Assembly: GCA_037189525.1 (NCBI GenBank)
Contig: JBBCJC010000002.1
Coordinates: forward strand, 125,908 to 189,907
Reading direction: 5' to 3'
Length of the DNA: 64,000 nucleotides
From: Gemmatimonadales bacterium
Lineage (GTDB): Bacteria; Gemmatimonadota; Gemmatimonadetes; Gemmatimonadales; GWC2-71-9
Shown here: one piece after another, positions 9,742 to 19,125 of the stretch
How positions within the stretch are numbered: the first letter of the stretch is position 1
Layout of the letters: every line of letters starts with the position of its first letter
Position numbers and translations under genes: made by a program
The notes under the pieces: model-generated
The model's database searches: none
What the model saw: only the letters and a program-made list of their open reading frames with translations
What the model was told of the DNA's origin: nothing

Positions 9742-11133
9742 ATGCCTCGCCTTGCTCCCACACGCTTTTCGCTGACTACGCTGGCCGCCATCCTTGGCGT
9801 CGCGGGCTCTCTCGAAGCCCAGCGCCATTTTCCGTCGGACGACGCCATTCAGGCCATCCTGAACGAGCAGGTTACCGCGAAGAAAACGACCGGCCTGGTG
9901 ATCGGCCTGCTCGAGCCCGATGGCACCCGCCGGATCTTCACCGCCGGACGATCGGGCAATCCCTCGGTAGAGCTGAACAGCAAAACCGTCTTCGAGATCG
10001 GCTCGATCACCAAAGTGTTCACGACCGAACTCCTGGCCGAGATGGTGAGTCGCGGCGAGGTGGCGCTGAACGACCCGGTGCAGAAATACCTGCCGGCCGG
10101 TGTCACCATGCCATCCCGAAACGGGCGGCAGATCACGCTGCAGGATCTGGCCACCGTCAACTCGGGCCTGCCCGGCATGCCGAGCAACTTCAAGCCGGCC
10201 GACATGAGCAATCCGTACGCGGACTACACTGTCAAGGAGATGTACGAATTTCTGAGCGGCTACACGCTGCCCCGAGACATCGGTTCGCAGTACGAGTATT
10301 CGAATCTCGGCATGGGCCTGCTCGGCCATGTGCTGGGCTTGCGACTCGGCAAGAGTTACTTCGAGGCCATCGACGAACGGATCCTGCAGCCGCTTGGTAT
10401 GCACGACACCCGGATCGACTTCAATCCGTCGATGCGGGCACGCCTCGCGCCCGGCCACAACCCCGGCGGAGCCGCGGTTTCCAACTGGGATATTCCCACG
10501 CTGGCGGGCGCCGGCGCACTGCGGTCGACGGTGGACGACATGCTCCTGTTCCTGGCCGCCAACGCCAATCCTGCGTCGACGCCGTTAGGCAAGATCTTCT
10601 CCGGCACACATGCGCCGCTGGCGTCGACCGGATCGCCGGCCATGTCGGTCGGTCTGGGCTGGCATCTCTTGAACCGGTCCGCCGGCCCGATCGTCTGGCA
10701 CAATGGCGGCACCGGAGGCTACCGGGCGTTCCTCGGCTTCGACCCCGCCACCAAGGCCGGCGTGGTGCTGCTGACCAATTCGGCCATTACGGCCGACGAC
10801 ATCGGCTTTCATCTGATCGACCCGAAGTTCCCGCTGTCCAAGCCGCGGGTGGTTCGGACGGCCATCGCAGTCGATCCGGCCAGCCTGCCGCAGTACGTAG
10901 GGACCTATGCGGTGACCGGAGACTTCACTGTTGCCGTTACGGCGGAACAGGGCGCGCTCTGGCTCGAACCGACCGGCCAGTCCAAGTTCAAGGTCGCCGC
11001 GTCCGCCGAGAATGAGTTCTTCCTCAATGAAGCGGATCTGGTGATCCACTTCATCAAAGACAGCAGCGGTGCCGTGACCGGGCTTCGTCTGACGCAGGGC
11101 GGCGCGGTCACCCCGGCCAAGAAGATCAAATAG
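9742..11133 (+). CDS. Serine hydrolase, beta-lactamase fold, with C-terminal DUF3471-like extension
   Basis: Roughly 70% identical by eye to the upstream gene, with the same SITK, YSN and HNG motifs. It has an extra 110 aa or so at the C-terminus (LPQYVGTYAV...LWLEPTGQSKF...GAVTGLRLTQGG). Confidence 0.9.
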   Translation: MPRLAPTRFSLTTLAAILGVAGSLEAQRHFPSDDAIQAILNEQVTAKKTTGLVIGLLEPDGTRRIFTAGRSGNPSVELNSKTVFEIGSITKVFTTELLAEMVSRGEVALNDPVQKYLPAGVTMPSRNGRQITLQDLATVNSGLPGMPSNFKPADMSNPYADYTVKEMYEFLSGYTLPRDIGSQYEYSNLGMGLLGHVLGLRLGKSYFEAIDERILQPLGMHDTRIDFNPSMRARLAPGHNPGGAAVSNWDIPTLAGAGALRSTVDDMLLFLAANANPASTPLGKIFSGTHAPLASTGSPAMSVGLGWHLLNRSAGPIVWHNGGTGGYRAFLGFDPATKAGVVLLTNSAITADDIGFHLIDPKFPLSKPRVVRTAIAVDPASLPQYVGTYAVTGDFTVAVTAEQGALWLEPTGQSKFKVAASAENEFFLNEADLVIHFIKDSSGAVTGLRLTQGGAVTPAKKIK

Positions 11134-11149
11134 CCACACGGGAGCAACC

Positions 11150-12115
11150 ATGATCGAGCGGGAGCAGGACGACGGGCAACCTCACGGACCACGCCGGATC
11201 GTCTCCCTGCTCCCGGCCGCAACCGAGATTCTCACCGTGCTGGGCTTGCGGGATCGGCTGGTCGGTGTGACTCACGAATGCGACTACCCGGCAAGCGTGT
11301 GCGAGCTGCCCAAGGTGACTCGCACCCTGATCCCGCCTGATGCATCGAGCCGGGAAGTCGACCAGCTGGTTCGTGACCGAATGGCCAGCCGGCAACCGCT
11401 CTACTCGCTCGACCTCGCCGTCCTTCGGGATTGCGCTCCCGACCTGATCGTCACGCAGGCCCTGTGCGACGTCTGCGCCGTCGCGGAGGCGGAGGTCGCG
11501 GCTGCCGCGTGCGCGTTGCCGGGCCGGCCGCCGGTCGTCAATCTCGAGCCTGAAACGTTGGGCGAGGTACTCGAGTCGATTCGAATCGTGGCGGCGGCGG
11601 CCGGCATTGCTGCGAAGGAGGCCGATGCGGTAATCGGCGGACTCGAGGCCCGCATCCGGGCGGTCGCCGACCGGTCCGGGCGCCTGACACCCGTCAGGAT
11701 CGGCTTTCTGGAGTGGCTCGACCCGCCCTTTTCCTGCGGCCATTGGAGCCCTGAACTGGTCCGACTCGCGGGCGGTGTCGATGGCTTGAGCCGGGAGGGT
11801 GAGCGATCCCGCACGCTGCGATGGGAGGAAGTCATTGCCTGGCAGCCGGAGGTGCTGTTCATCGCTTGCTGCGGCTTCGATGTCGAGCGCACTCTCCGGG
11901 ACCTGACCGCGACCAGCCGGATCCCGGGGTGGGAAACGATCCCCGCCGTACGGGCGGGCCGGATCTATGTCGTCGATGGATCGCATTACTTCAGCCGGCC
12001 GGGACCGCGACTGGTCGACAGTCTCGAAATCCTGGCCCATGCGCTCCACCCCGAGGTCCATCCGCTGCCAGCACACCTTCCGGCAGCGGTTTGCGCAGCG
12101 GCTACCCTTCAGTAA
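11150..12115 (+). CDS. Periplasmic-binding-protein type 2 fold (cobalamin/siderophore-binding-like), no signal peptide
   Basis: RIVSLLPAATEILTVLGL...LVGVTHECDYP...PDLIVTQ... matches the BtuF-like pattern. GGGAG lies 8 nt upstream of the ATG. No adjacent permease or ATPase genes. Confidence 0.7.
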   Translation: MIEREQDDGQPHGPRRIVSLLPAATEILTVLGLRDRLVGVTHECDYPASVCELPKVTRTLIPPDASSREVDQLVRDRMASRQPLYSLDLAVLRDCAPDLIVTQALCDVCAVAEAEVAAAACALPGRPPVVNLEPETLGEVLESIRIVAAAAGIAAKEADAVIGGLEARIRAVADRSGRLTPVRIGFLEWLDPPFSCGHWSPELVRLAGGVDGLSREGERSRTLRWEEVIAWQPEVLFIACCGFDVERTLRDLTATSRIPGWETIPAVRAGRIYVVDGSHYFSRPGPRLVDSLEILAHALHPEVHPLPAHLPAAVCAAATLQ

Positions 12116-12121
12116 CCTTCC

Positions 12122-13777
12122 TCATGGCGCTGGCGCCCGGCTTGCCGGCGTGCCAAAGCGATTTCCGAAGAAATCACCCGGGCGCCAGCTTGGCCGGACG
12201 GACGCATTCGCCACACGCTCGCCGACCCGGAACGCCACCTCCGCATACTTGGCGCCCGCTTCGTAGTGCATCGGCTGCGCCAGGTCGTCCTTGGGCGTAT
12301 GGTAGATGGTGCCGAGCCAGTTCATCAGGACGGCGCCGCCATCGACGGTCGAATCGCTGCTGCGAGTGCCGTTGACGAAAAACAGGGCGGGAATCCCTTT
12401 CTTGACGAAGGGATACTGGTCACTTCGGATGAAGAAGGCCTGCTCGGGCATCAATTCGGTTTCGAGCTCGACGCCCGCTGCCTGCGCAGCAGCGGCGGCG
12501 TCATCCGCCAGCGTCGAATGTTCCGCGCCGAGTGCCACGATGCTCCGAGTCGGAAAGAGCATGTGGTTGCCGTCCATGTTGAGGTTGGCAACGATGGCAT
12601 CGACCGGCACTGTCGCACGTTCGACGTAATACTCGGCGCCCAGCAGGCCCTTTTCTTCTGCAGCCGTGGCTACGAACAGAATCGACCGTTTGGGCCGCTC
12701 CTTCCGCTCCGAAAACGCCCGGGCAATTTCCAGCAGGGCCGCGATACCCGACGCATTATCGATGGCGCCATTGTAAATCGAGTCGCCCGCCATCGGCGCG
12801 CCGATGCCATCGTGGTCGAGATGCGCCGTATAGACGACATACTCTTCAGCCAGGGCAGGATCGGAGCCTGTCAGCTTGGCAACGACGTTGGGCGCGCTGA
12901 ATTCGCGATGGATGCTCGCCTTGCGGACCTGAATCTCGCCGGGGAGAGCGAACGACTGCGGCTTTCCCTGGCGCGCCGTCTCGAGCACGCGGGCCCACGA
13001 GGTGGAAGCGCCAGCAAAGAGACGCGCCGATGCCGCCGGGCTCAGTACCACACCGCCCAGCATGCTGGACGATTCGGCCGGGAGCGACCCATCGGGCGCG
13101 AGCCAGACCATCCCGCTTCGATGCGACAGACGTTCCATGAACGTCCAGGGCGCGGTCCGCTCGGCCTCATCGGTCCAGAGGGTAATTACGCCGCGAGCCC
13201 CGCGGGCCGCCGCGGCCTTTGCCTTCTCGGCGCCCGAGAAATGCGCGCGCGGATTCGCGGGCAGCGACGCTGGCGCACCGAACAGCACGACGACGACTTT
13301 GTCCTTGACATCGATGTTGGCGTAGTCGTCATACTGGAACTCGGGCGCACTGACACCATACCCGGCGAACACGATCGGTCCGCCGAACGCCGTGACCGTA
13401 TCGCGCGCATCGCTCGATGCAACGAAGTCGACGCCGGGTGTCAGCGTCATCGGGCGCGGGCCGCTTACCCGGACCGAGGCACTGCCGGGCACCAGACTGG
13501 TCTCCCGAAACAGCACCGGCTGGAAGTAGCCGCCGTCCGACATGCCTGGCGCGAGCCCGTATCGTTTGAATTGCTCCGCTACGTAGGCCGCCGCCTTGTC
13601 GTAGCCGCGCTGTCCGGTACCCCGCCCTTCGAGCGAATCGTGGGCCAGTACGGTGACATGCTGCCTGATCCCGTCGACGGAAATCACAGCGGTGTCAGAG
13701 CGGTTGCCCGGCGTGCAGGCAACGGCGAGCAATGCCCCCGACATCAGGGCGACGACGCGTCGATCGAGCATGGGCAT
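12122..13777 (-). CDS. M28 family metallopeptidase with PA domain (lipoprotein-type signal)
   Basis: MPMLDRRVVALMSGALLAVAC lipobox-like signal. M28 metal-ligand context (YTAHLDHDG, GAIDNASG, FVATAAEEKGLLGA, NLNMDG). Confidence 0.9.
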   Translation of the reverse strand: MPMLDRRVVALMSGALLAVACTPGNRSDTAVISVDGIRQHVTVLAHDSLEGRGTGQRGYDKAAAYVAEQFKRYGLAPGMSDGGYFQPVLFRETSLVPGSASVRVSGPRPMTLTPGVDFVASSDARDTVTAFGGPIVFAGYGVSAPEFQYDDYANIDVKDKVVVVLFGAPASLPANPRAHFSGAEKAKAAAARGARGVITLWTDEAERTAPWTFMERLSHRSGMVWLAPDGSLPAESSSMLGGVVLSPAASARLFAGASTSWARVLETARQGKPQSFALPGEIQVRKASIHREFSAPNVVAKLTGSDPALAEEYVVYTAHLDHDGIGAPMAGDSIYNGAIDNASGIAALLEIARAFSERKERPKRSILFVATAAEEKGLLGAEYYVERATVPVDAIVANLNMDGNHMLFPTRSIVALGAEHSTLADDAAAAAQAAGVELETELMPEQAFFIRSDQYPFVKKGIPALFFVNGTRSSDSTVDGGAVLMNWLGTIYHTPKDDLAQPMHYEAGAKYAEVAFRVGERVANASVRPSWRPGDFFGNRFGTPASRAPAP

Positions 13778-13888
13778 GACCTTGGGAAGGAGCGCTAACG
13801 CTACGAACGGAGCAATCCGGCGACAAGGGGCGGGTACCAAATCGCGGTGAACCTCCTACTTTAGAGCCCCCAACGTCACCGAGAAGGC

Positions 13889-15289
13889 ATGGCACGGCCC
13901 GAGCCGAAGCATCAGACAGAGCATATCCGACCAGGTTCGGTCGGGCCGTCGGTTGCCAGGCCGATCCATCAGGAAATTGCCTACGGCAGTGCCTGGAGCG
14001 CGGTACGCCGGCTGGCCGGCCAATCGGGGCTCGTCTTTCTCGACAGCGCCATGCTGCATCCGCACCTTGGCCGCTACAGCTTCGTCGCCGCCGACCCGGT
14101 CGCTACGACGTCGAGTCTGACGGAATTGCGCCAGGCGATGGCGCTGCTTGCGCTCCAGCACGTCGACGAGCTTCCGCCGTTTCAAGGTGGCGCCGCCGGC
14201 TATCTGAGCTACGAGGCCGCACGGTTTCTCGAGCCGCGGCTCGCCGAACGGATTCCGCCCGCGAACATTCCACCCATCGAGTTCCGTATCTACGATCGGG
14301 TCGTCGCCTTCGACCACCTGTACGAACGCGCTTTTGCAATCTCGACCGGCTACCCCGAGCAGCGCGAAGAGCCTCGCCTAACGCTGGCTTCGCAACGGCT
14401 GGGCGAACTGCTTCAACAGCTTGGGGAAGCCCCCGCAGCGCGACCGGGCCACCGGACGATTCGCGGCTGGCAGTCCAATGTTTCCCGGATCGACTACGAG
14501 GCTGCCATCCGCCGAACGGTCGACTACATCCTCGACGGCGACATCTTCCAGGCCAATATCACCCAACGTTTCTCGGCTCCGATTCCGCCCGGTTTCGATC
14601 CGCTCTTCTTTTACGAAATCCTCCGAGCCCGGAACGCTGCGCCGTTTGCCGCGTATCTCGATTTCGGTGACGTCGTCATCGCGTCGAGCTCGCCGGAACG
14701 CCTGGTCCACTTCGATGGCATGACGGCGGAGGCACGCCCGATCAAGGGCACGCGCCGCCGCGAAGCCGACCCGGCCAAGGACGCAGCCGAGCAGCACGCG
14801 CTCCTGTCCAGCCAAAAGGACCGGGCCGAGAACGTGATGATCGTCGACTTGCTGCGCAACGACCTGTCCCGGGTGTGCGACCCCGGGTCGATCGAGGTCC
14901 CCGTCCTGTGTGGACTCGAGTCCTACACCTCGGTCCACCACCTCACGTCAGTGGTCACCGGCCGGCTGGCATCGGAGTATGCGCCCATCGACTTGATCGG
15001 GGCCCTCTTTCCCGGCGGCTCGATCACTGGCGCCCCCAAGCTCCGCGCGATGGAGATCATTGCCGAGCTGGAACGGTCGCCCCGCAATGCCTACTGCGGC
15101 TCAGTCGGCTATCTCAGCTTCTCGGGCCGGATGGACCTCAACATCTGTATCCGGACCGCCTTATTTCACCAAGGTATTGCTACGGTCGAAACGGGTGGAG
15201 GAATTACTCGACGCTCGGAGCCCGCCGCGGAGTACGAGGAGTCGCTGATCAAAGTCGCGCCGATCCTCGAGGCGTTCGAGGAGCCATGA
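13889..15289 (+). CDS. pabB: Aminodeoxychorismate (or anthranilate) synthase component I
   Basis: Chorismate-binding signature (FPGGSITGAPKLRAMEII, YCGSVGY). ATGA overlap with the downstream glutamine amidotransferase. PabB versus TrpE cannot be resolved by eye. Confidence 0.8.
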   Translation: MARPEPKHQTEHIRPGSVGPSVARPIHQEIAYGSAWSAVRRLAGQSGLVFLDSAMLHPHLGRYSFVAADPVATTSSLTELRQAMALLALQHVDELPPFQGGAAGYLSYEAARFLEPRLAERIPPANIPPIEFRIYDRVVAFDHLYERAFAISTGYPEQREEPRLTLASQRLGELLQQLGEAPAARPGHRTIRGWQSNVSRIDYEAAIRRTVDYILDGDIFQANITQRFSAPIPPGFDPLFFYEILRARNAAPFAAYLDFGDVVIASSSPERLVHFDGMTAEARPIKGTRRREADPAKDAAEQHALLSSQKDRAENVMIVDLLRNDLSRVCDPGSIEVPVLCGLESYTSVHHLTSVVTGRLASEYAPIDLIGALFPGGSITGAPKLRAMEIIAELERSPRNAYCGSVGYLSFSGRMDLNICIRTALFHQGIATVETGGGITRRSEPAAEYEESLIKVAPILEAFEEP

Positions 15290-15843
15290 TTCTCGTCGTC
15301 GACAACTACGACAGCTTCGTCCACAACGTCAGCCGCTATCTGCGCGAGCTGGGCGAAACCACCATCACGTTACGCAACGATGCGTTCGTCGACGTGCCGG
15401 ACGGTACGACAGCCATCATTCTGTCACCCGGTCCCTGCACACCTGCCGATGCCGGCATCTCGCTCTACCTGGTCCGGCGGTTCTCGGGACGCCTTCCCAT
15501 CCTCGGCATCTGCCTCGGTCATCAGTGCATCGGGCAGGCATTCGGAGGACGTGTCACCCGCGCGCAGGAGCCGCTCCACGGCGAAGCGACGCCGATCCGC
15601 CATACCGGCCGAGGCATCTTGCGCGGCTTGCCAGACCGATTCCAGGGTGGACGGTATCACTCACTGATCGTCGAGCTACCGGACCCGTCACCGCTCCACG
15701 TCACGGCCCGATCCGAACGCGGGGAGATCATGGCGGTCGAGCACCTCGAGCATCCGACCTATGGGGTTCAGTTTCATCCCGAATCCATCCTGACCGAGCA
15801 TGGCCACGACCTGCTGCGCAACTTCCTGGCCCGTCGCCGATGA
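15286..15843 (+). CDS. pabA: Aminodeoxychorismate/anthranilate synthase component II (glutamine amidotransferase)
   Basis: MILVVDNYDSFVHN...GICLGHQ...FHPES class-I GATase triad context. The start overlaps the pabB stop (ATGA at 15286-15289). Confidence 0.9.
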   Translation: MILVVDNYDSFVHNVSRYLRELGETTITLRNDAFVDVPDGTTAIILSPGPCTPADAGISLYLVRRFSGRLPILGICLGHQCIGQAFGGRVTRAQEPLHGEATPIRHTGRGILRGLPDRFQGGRYHSLIVELPDPSPLHVTARSERGEIMAVEHLEHPTYGVQFHPESILTEHGHDLLRNFLARRR

Positions 15844-15912
15844 GCCACCTCGAAGACATGGCGAGCCCTCGTACCCGGTGAACGACTGCCCGCTACAAAC
15901 CCTTGTTAGCTG

Positions 15913-16332
15913 TCAAATAGCATCGAGATAGTCAGTCACAAATGCCCGAGGTTTGATGACCGTAATGCCGCGCCAACCATTCACGCCCAGGAGATGCCGA
16001 TCTCCGGATACGATCACCGATGTGTTGCTCGCTAATGCTGCCGCCAGAAACATGTCGTCGGCTGGGTCCGGGCTGACCGGCTCAGGCAGGGGTGGCGCCG
16101 CCACCATGAGCGCATGGGTGGCCAGCAACGTCAACGTCCTGGCAAGGGGTTCCTGAAGGCTCGGGTAGCGCCGGCTCAATTCCTCGCCTACGCGCGCTGG
16201 TACTCCTCGAACACGGCCGGTGATAGTACGAGGTCGAACGCTTGGGCCGCCCAGGCCGGAGAGGATCCGGCCCGGAACGCCGCCGAAGAAGATGCCCGAC
16301 ACGACCACGTTCGTATCGAGCATAACTCTCAT
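15913..16332 (-). CDS. PIN-domain toxin (type II TA)
   Basis: MRVMLDTNVVVSG... N-terminal PIN acidic motif, about 139 aa. The start overlaps the antitoxin stop by 1 nt (TGATG). Confidence 0.85.
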   Translation of the reverse strand: MRVMLDTNVVVSGIFFGGVPGRILSGLGGPSVRPRTITGRVRGVPARVGEELSRRYPSLQEPLARTLTLLATHALMVAAPPLPEPVSPDPADDMFLAAALASNTSVIVSGDRHLLGVNGWRGITVIKPRAFVTDYLDAI

Positions 16333-16592
16333 CAGGCGCGGCGAACCTTTCGCACGGCTTTCCGGACATCGGCCGGCCGGAGACTGGTCCGCTTCGCCGC
16401 TCGGCGCGCCTCGCTCGCAAGCGCCTCGAACTCGTTCCGCGAGGGCGGTTCGAGCACTTTGAAAATGACGACGTCCCGATCGCCGACGACTACGAACTGG
16501 GCGCCGGGCTTCAGGCCGAGCCGAGTGCGGATCTCTTCCGGAATGACGACCTGCCCCTTGGAGGACAGGGTGGTGGTTGCGGTATCAGTCAT
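16332..16592 (-). CDS. AbrB/MazE/SpoVT-family antitoxin
   Basis: 86 aa. SSKGQVVIPEEIRTRLGLKPG swapped-hairpin motif. GGGAG lies about 8 nt upstream of the ATG at 16592. Confidence 0.85.
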   Translation of the reverse strand: MTDTATTTLSSKGQVVIPEEIRTRLGLKPGAQFVVVGDRDVVIFKVLEPPSRNEFEALASEARRAAKRTSLRPADVRKAVRKVRRA

Positions 16593-16612
16593 GTTCCACT
16601 CCCGACATGTCT

Positions 16613-16639
16613 TACTGGTAAGATCACTGCCTTCCAGTA
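16613..16639. promoter_or_regulatory. Imperfect inverted repeat upstream of the antitoxin gene (candidate TA operator)
   Basis: TACTGGTAAG (16613-16622) and CTTCCAGTA (16631-16639) lie 20-45 nt upstream of the antitoxin start on the minus strand. Confidence 0.3.
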
Positions 16640-16785
16640 CCAGGGCAAGAGGAGGGTAGGTTGACAGCCAACAGGCCAAAACCCAATCAGAACTTAGTGT
16701 TTGGGAGGATACACCGACTTCGGCCGGGCGAGGCGCTTGTTGTTGCCGTCGTGATTGGGAGCCCTCAGTCGGAGTCAGGGAGCTA

Positions 16786-19125
16786 CTAGGACGAGGCAGT
16801 CGAGCGACCCTCGACCTGAGAGGTTTCAGTAGACGGAAACGAGCTGCGAAGCCAGCGAGTAACAGGCGCGCGGCGGGTCGGATTCGAACCAATCGCCAGC
16901 GATACGACATGGCGACCTTGCTCGGTCGCCTTCGGAGTCGGTAGCGTCCATCCGGCGTGGCCTCGTCGAGTGGTGAGGTCGTCCTTCGACAGCACGCCAA
17001 CGGCCCGAAGCAGGGTGATCAGCACGTCACCCTCGTCGGTCAGTTCGTACTCGAAGAAACCAGGCAGGTCGAGACGAAACCCCGACCCCGGATCCGCCGG
17101 CGCGAGCCAGTCATGCGCCGGCGCGGTCGGGAGCCCGGTTTCACCAGGCCAGGACGTGTCGAGTTTGCCGGCGCCCCGCCGTTCCACGCCAAACGGTGAC
17201 CCCGTCATCACCTCGCCTTCGATCGCAAGCGGCAGACGAATCCTCAACCGGACGTCGTGCGCCCAGTTGTCGAACTCGATCCGAAGCCGTATCGCCGCTT
17301 CGCCCGCATGGAGAGACAGCACCGTTCGCCCGTACACCATGCCACCGCTGGCGGGCTCGAAGGTCCAGGCCAGCTCGAGCGCACCTACCAGGGGCCCCGG
17401 CGCAAGCTGACATATGGTATGCACCCGCGAACTGCGCAGACCAGTCGGGTCGATATCCGGGGTGTAGAGGTCGCCCCGATCCGGCTCCGACTCGATTGCG
17501 CCGAGCCCGGCAATGCGGCGGCCGCTACGAAGATCACGAATCGCAAAGCGTCCATCGGGATCGACGACGACCTCGATCCGATCGTTCCGGAGCGAGCGCG
17601 AACCGACACGTACCGACCCCGTCGCACCAGGCTGACCCGACGCCAGCCCCGAACATACCTCGAACACAACCGGTCTGCCGCCGGGCAGATCGGAAGCGCG
17701 GAATGCGATCCACGCCTCGTCGACCAGATCGAGATCCGGGTAGTGTTCCGACGCGTCGACTCGCTCGGCCGACTCGGAAACCCGCAGCACCTGGACCGGT
17801 ATCTGCACCCCATCGGCTGTCTGCAGATGGAACGGTCGGTATCCGGATCCTACCCGGGGCACGCGGTCGCCGGGCGGACCGACCAGCACGTCTCGCTTGA
17901 ACCACGACGTCCGAGCAAGCACGACCCCGCTCCATGGTTCGGCATCGGCGTGCCACAGCACCAGCGTTGGGCGGAACCGATTGGGGTCTCGACGCGCGAC
18001 GTTCGGATCGTAACCGACGAGCCGATCCAGTCCGACAGCCGTGAGTTCCCGAGCAATCGTGGTGGCCGCATCGAGGCGGACCTCCTGCTCCCGCGCCACG
18101 CCGTCCGCCGCGCACCCGGCAATCGTATCATGGAACTGCGACTGGACCAGCAAGCGCCACGCCTCATCGAGCAGGGCCGGCCGCTCCCCCACCGTCGCGA
18201 CCAGCGGCTCGACCACATCGACCAACATCGACTCCGCCTCCGCGTGGCGCCGCTTCATACGCACGCGGGTCGAGTGGACCCCTTGCAGCGACCAGACGTA
18301 CCCCGTCGAACTCCGGAGTTCGCCCTCCAGCAGTGGGACCGAAGGATTGGCGTCTTCGACGGCCCCAAAGAACTCATCGAAACTGCTGAAGCGAACCGCT
18401 GCTTCAGGCTCAAGGGCTGCAATCCGCTCGGCCAGGTACGGAAGCTCGGCCGAAGGTGCGTGATGATCCGCACCAACCAGGATGGCAACATGCTCGCACC
18501 CGGCGCGCGCCGTCATCCGACTTCGAACATCCCGCCATCGCGCCGGAAGGTCCGCACCGGCCGTGACGAGGTCGATGCCCATTTCGTACCCCTCGGGCGG
18601 GAGGTGATACACGAGCACCGAGCCTCCCTCCGGCCCAGTCCACCGATACAGATCATGCGAGCGCCAGCCCACCTGGCCGAGCCCACGCCAAAGCACCGCC
18701 CAGGGCAGCCCGAACTCCGCGGCGAGATCCGGCAATCCGGCGGGATGACCAAACGCATCCGGACTGTAGAGCACCCGCGAGGATCCACCCAGGGCCTGCG
18801 CGGACGCCATCCCGAGTTCGAGGTTCTTACGAAGCGAAGCGCCGCGGGGAATCAGCTCGTCGGCCAGCACATACCACGGACCGAGCGCGAGCTGCCCGCG
18901 CTCCACCAGACGTCGAATCTGATCCCTGCGCCCGGGCACGACCGCCAGGTAGTCCTCGGCGACGATGGTCTGGCCGTCGAGATGGAAACGGAGGGACGGA
19001 TTGGCGTCGAGCAGATCGAGCACCCGGTCCAGCATCGGCACCAGGCGAGCCAGGAAGCCGTGCCGAGTCAGGTACCACTCCCGATCCCAGTGAACGTGCG
19101 GGATCAGATGGAACGTGAAGCTCAT
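16786..19125 (-). CDS. Glycoside hydrolase family 38 (alpha-mannosidase-like)
   Basis: N-terminal FHLIPHVHWDREWY GH38 signature. About 780 aa. Start placed at ATG 19125 (MSFTFHLIP), which forms an ATGA overlap with the upstream gene's stop. Confidence 0.85.
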   Translation of the reverse strand: MSFTFHLIPHVHWDREWYLTRHGFLARLVPMLDRVLDLLDANPSLRFHLDGQTIVAEDYLAVVPGRRDQIRRLVERGQLALGPWYVLADELIPRGASLRKNLELGMASAQALGGSSRVLYSPDAFGHPAGLPDLAAEFGLPWAVLWRGLGQVGWRSHDLYRWTGPEGGSVLVYHLPPEGYEMGIDLVTAGADLPARWRDVRSRMTARAGCEHVAILVGADHHAPSAELPYLAERIAALEPEAAVRFSSFDEFFGAVEDANPSVPLLEGELRSSTGYVWSLQGVHSTRVRMKRRHAEAESMLVDVVEPLVATVGERPALLDEAWRLLVQSQFHDTIAGCAADGVAREQEVRLDAATTIARELTAVGLDRLVGYDPNVARRDPNRFRPTLVLWHADAEPWSGVVLARTSWFKRDVLVGPPGDRVPRVGSGYRPFHLQTADGVQIPVQVLRVSESAERVDASEHYPDLDLVDEAWIAFRASDLPGGRPVVFEVCSGLASGQPGATGSVRVGSRSLRNDRIEVVVDPDGRFAIRDLRSGRRIAGLGAIESEPDRGDLYTPDIDPTGLRSSRVHTICQLAPGPLVGALELAWTFEPASGGMVYGRTVLSLHAGEAAIRLRIEFDNWAHDVRLRIRLPLAIEGEVMTGSPFGVERRGAGKLDTSWPGETGLPTAPAHDWLAPADPGSGFRLDLPGFFEYELTDEGDVLITLLRAVGVLSKDDLTTRRGHAGWTLPTPKATEQGRHVVSLAIGSNPTRRAPVTRWLRSSFPSTETSQVEGRSTASS

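Noticed and set aside
8475-11133. Beta-lactamase-fold genes as antibiotic-resistance determinants (AmpC)
   Set aside because: The third motif is HNG, not KTG. The proteins resemble the broad PF00144 esterase/aminopeptidase group. No mobile element or regulator (ampR) is nearby. A resistance function cannot be inferred.
16880-16890. GGATTCGAACC, reverse complement of the tRNA T-loop consensus GGTTCGAATCC
   Set aside because: The flanking sequence gives only a 4-bp T-stem, and I could not build acceptor, D or anticodon arms. It lies inside the GH38 coding region, so it is a chance match.
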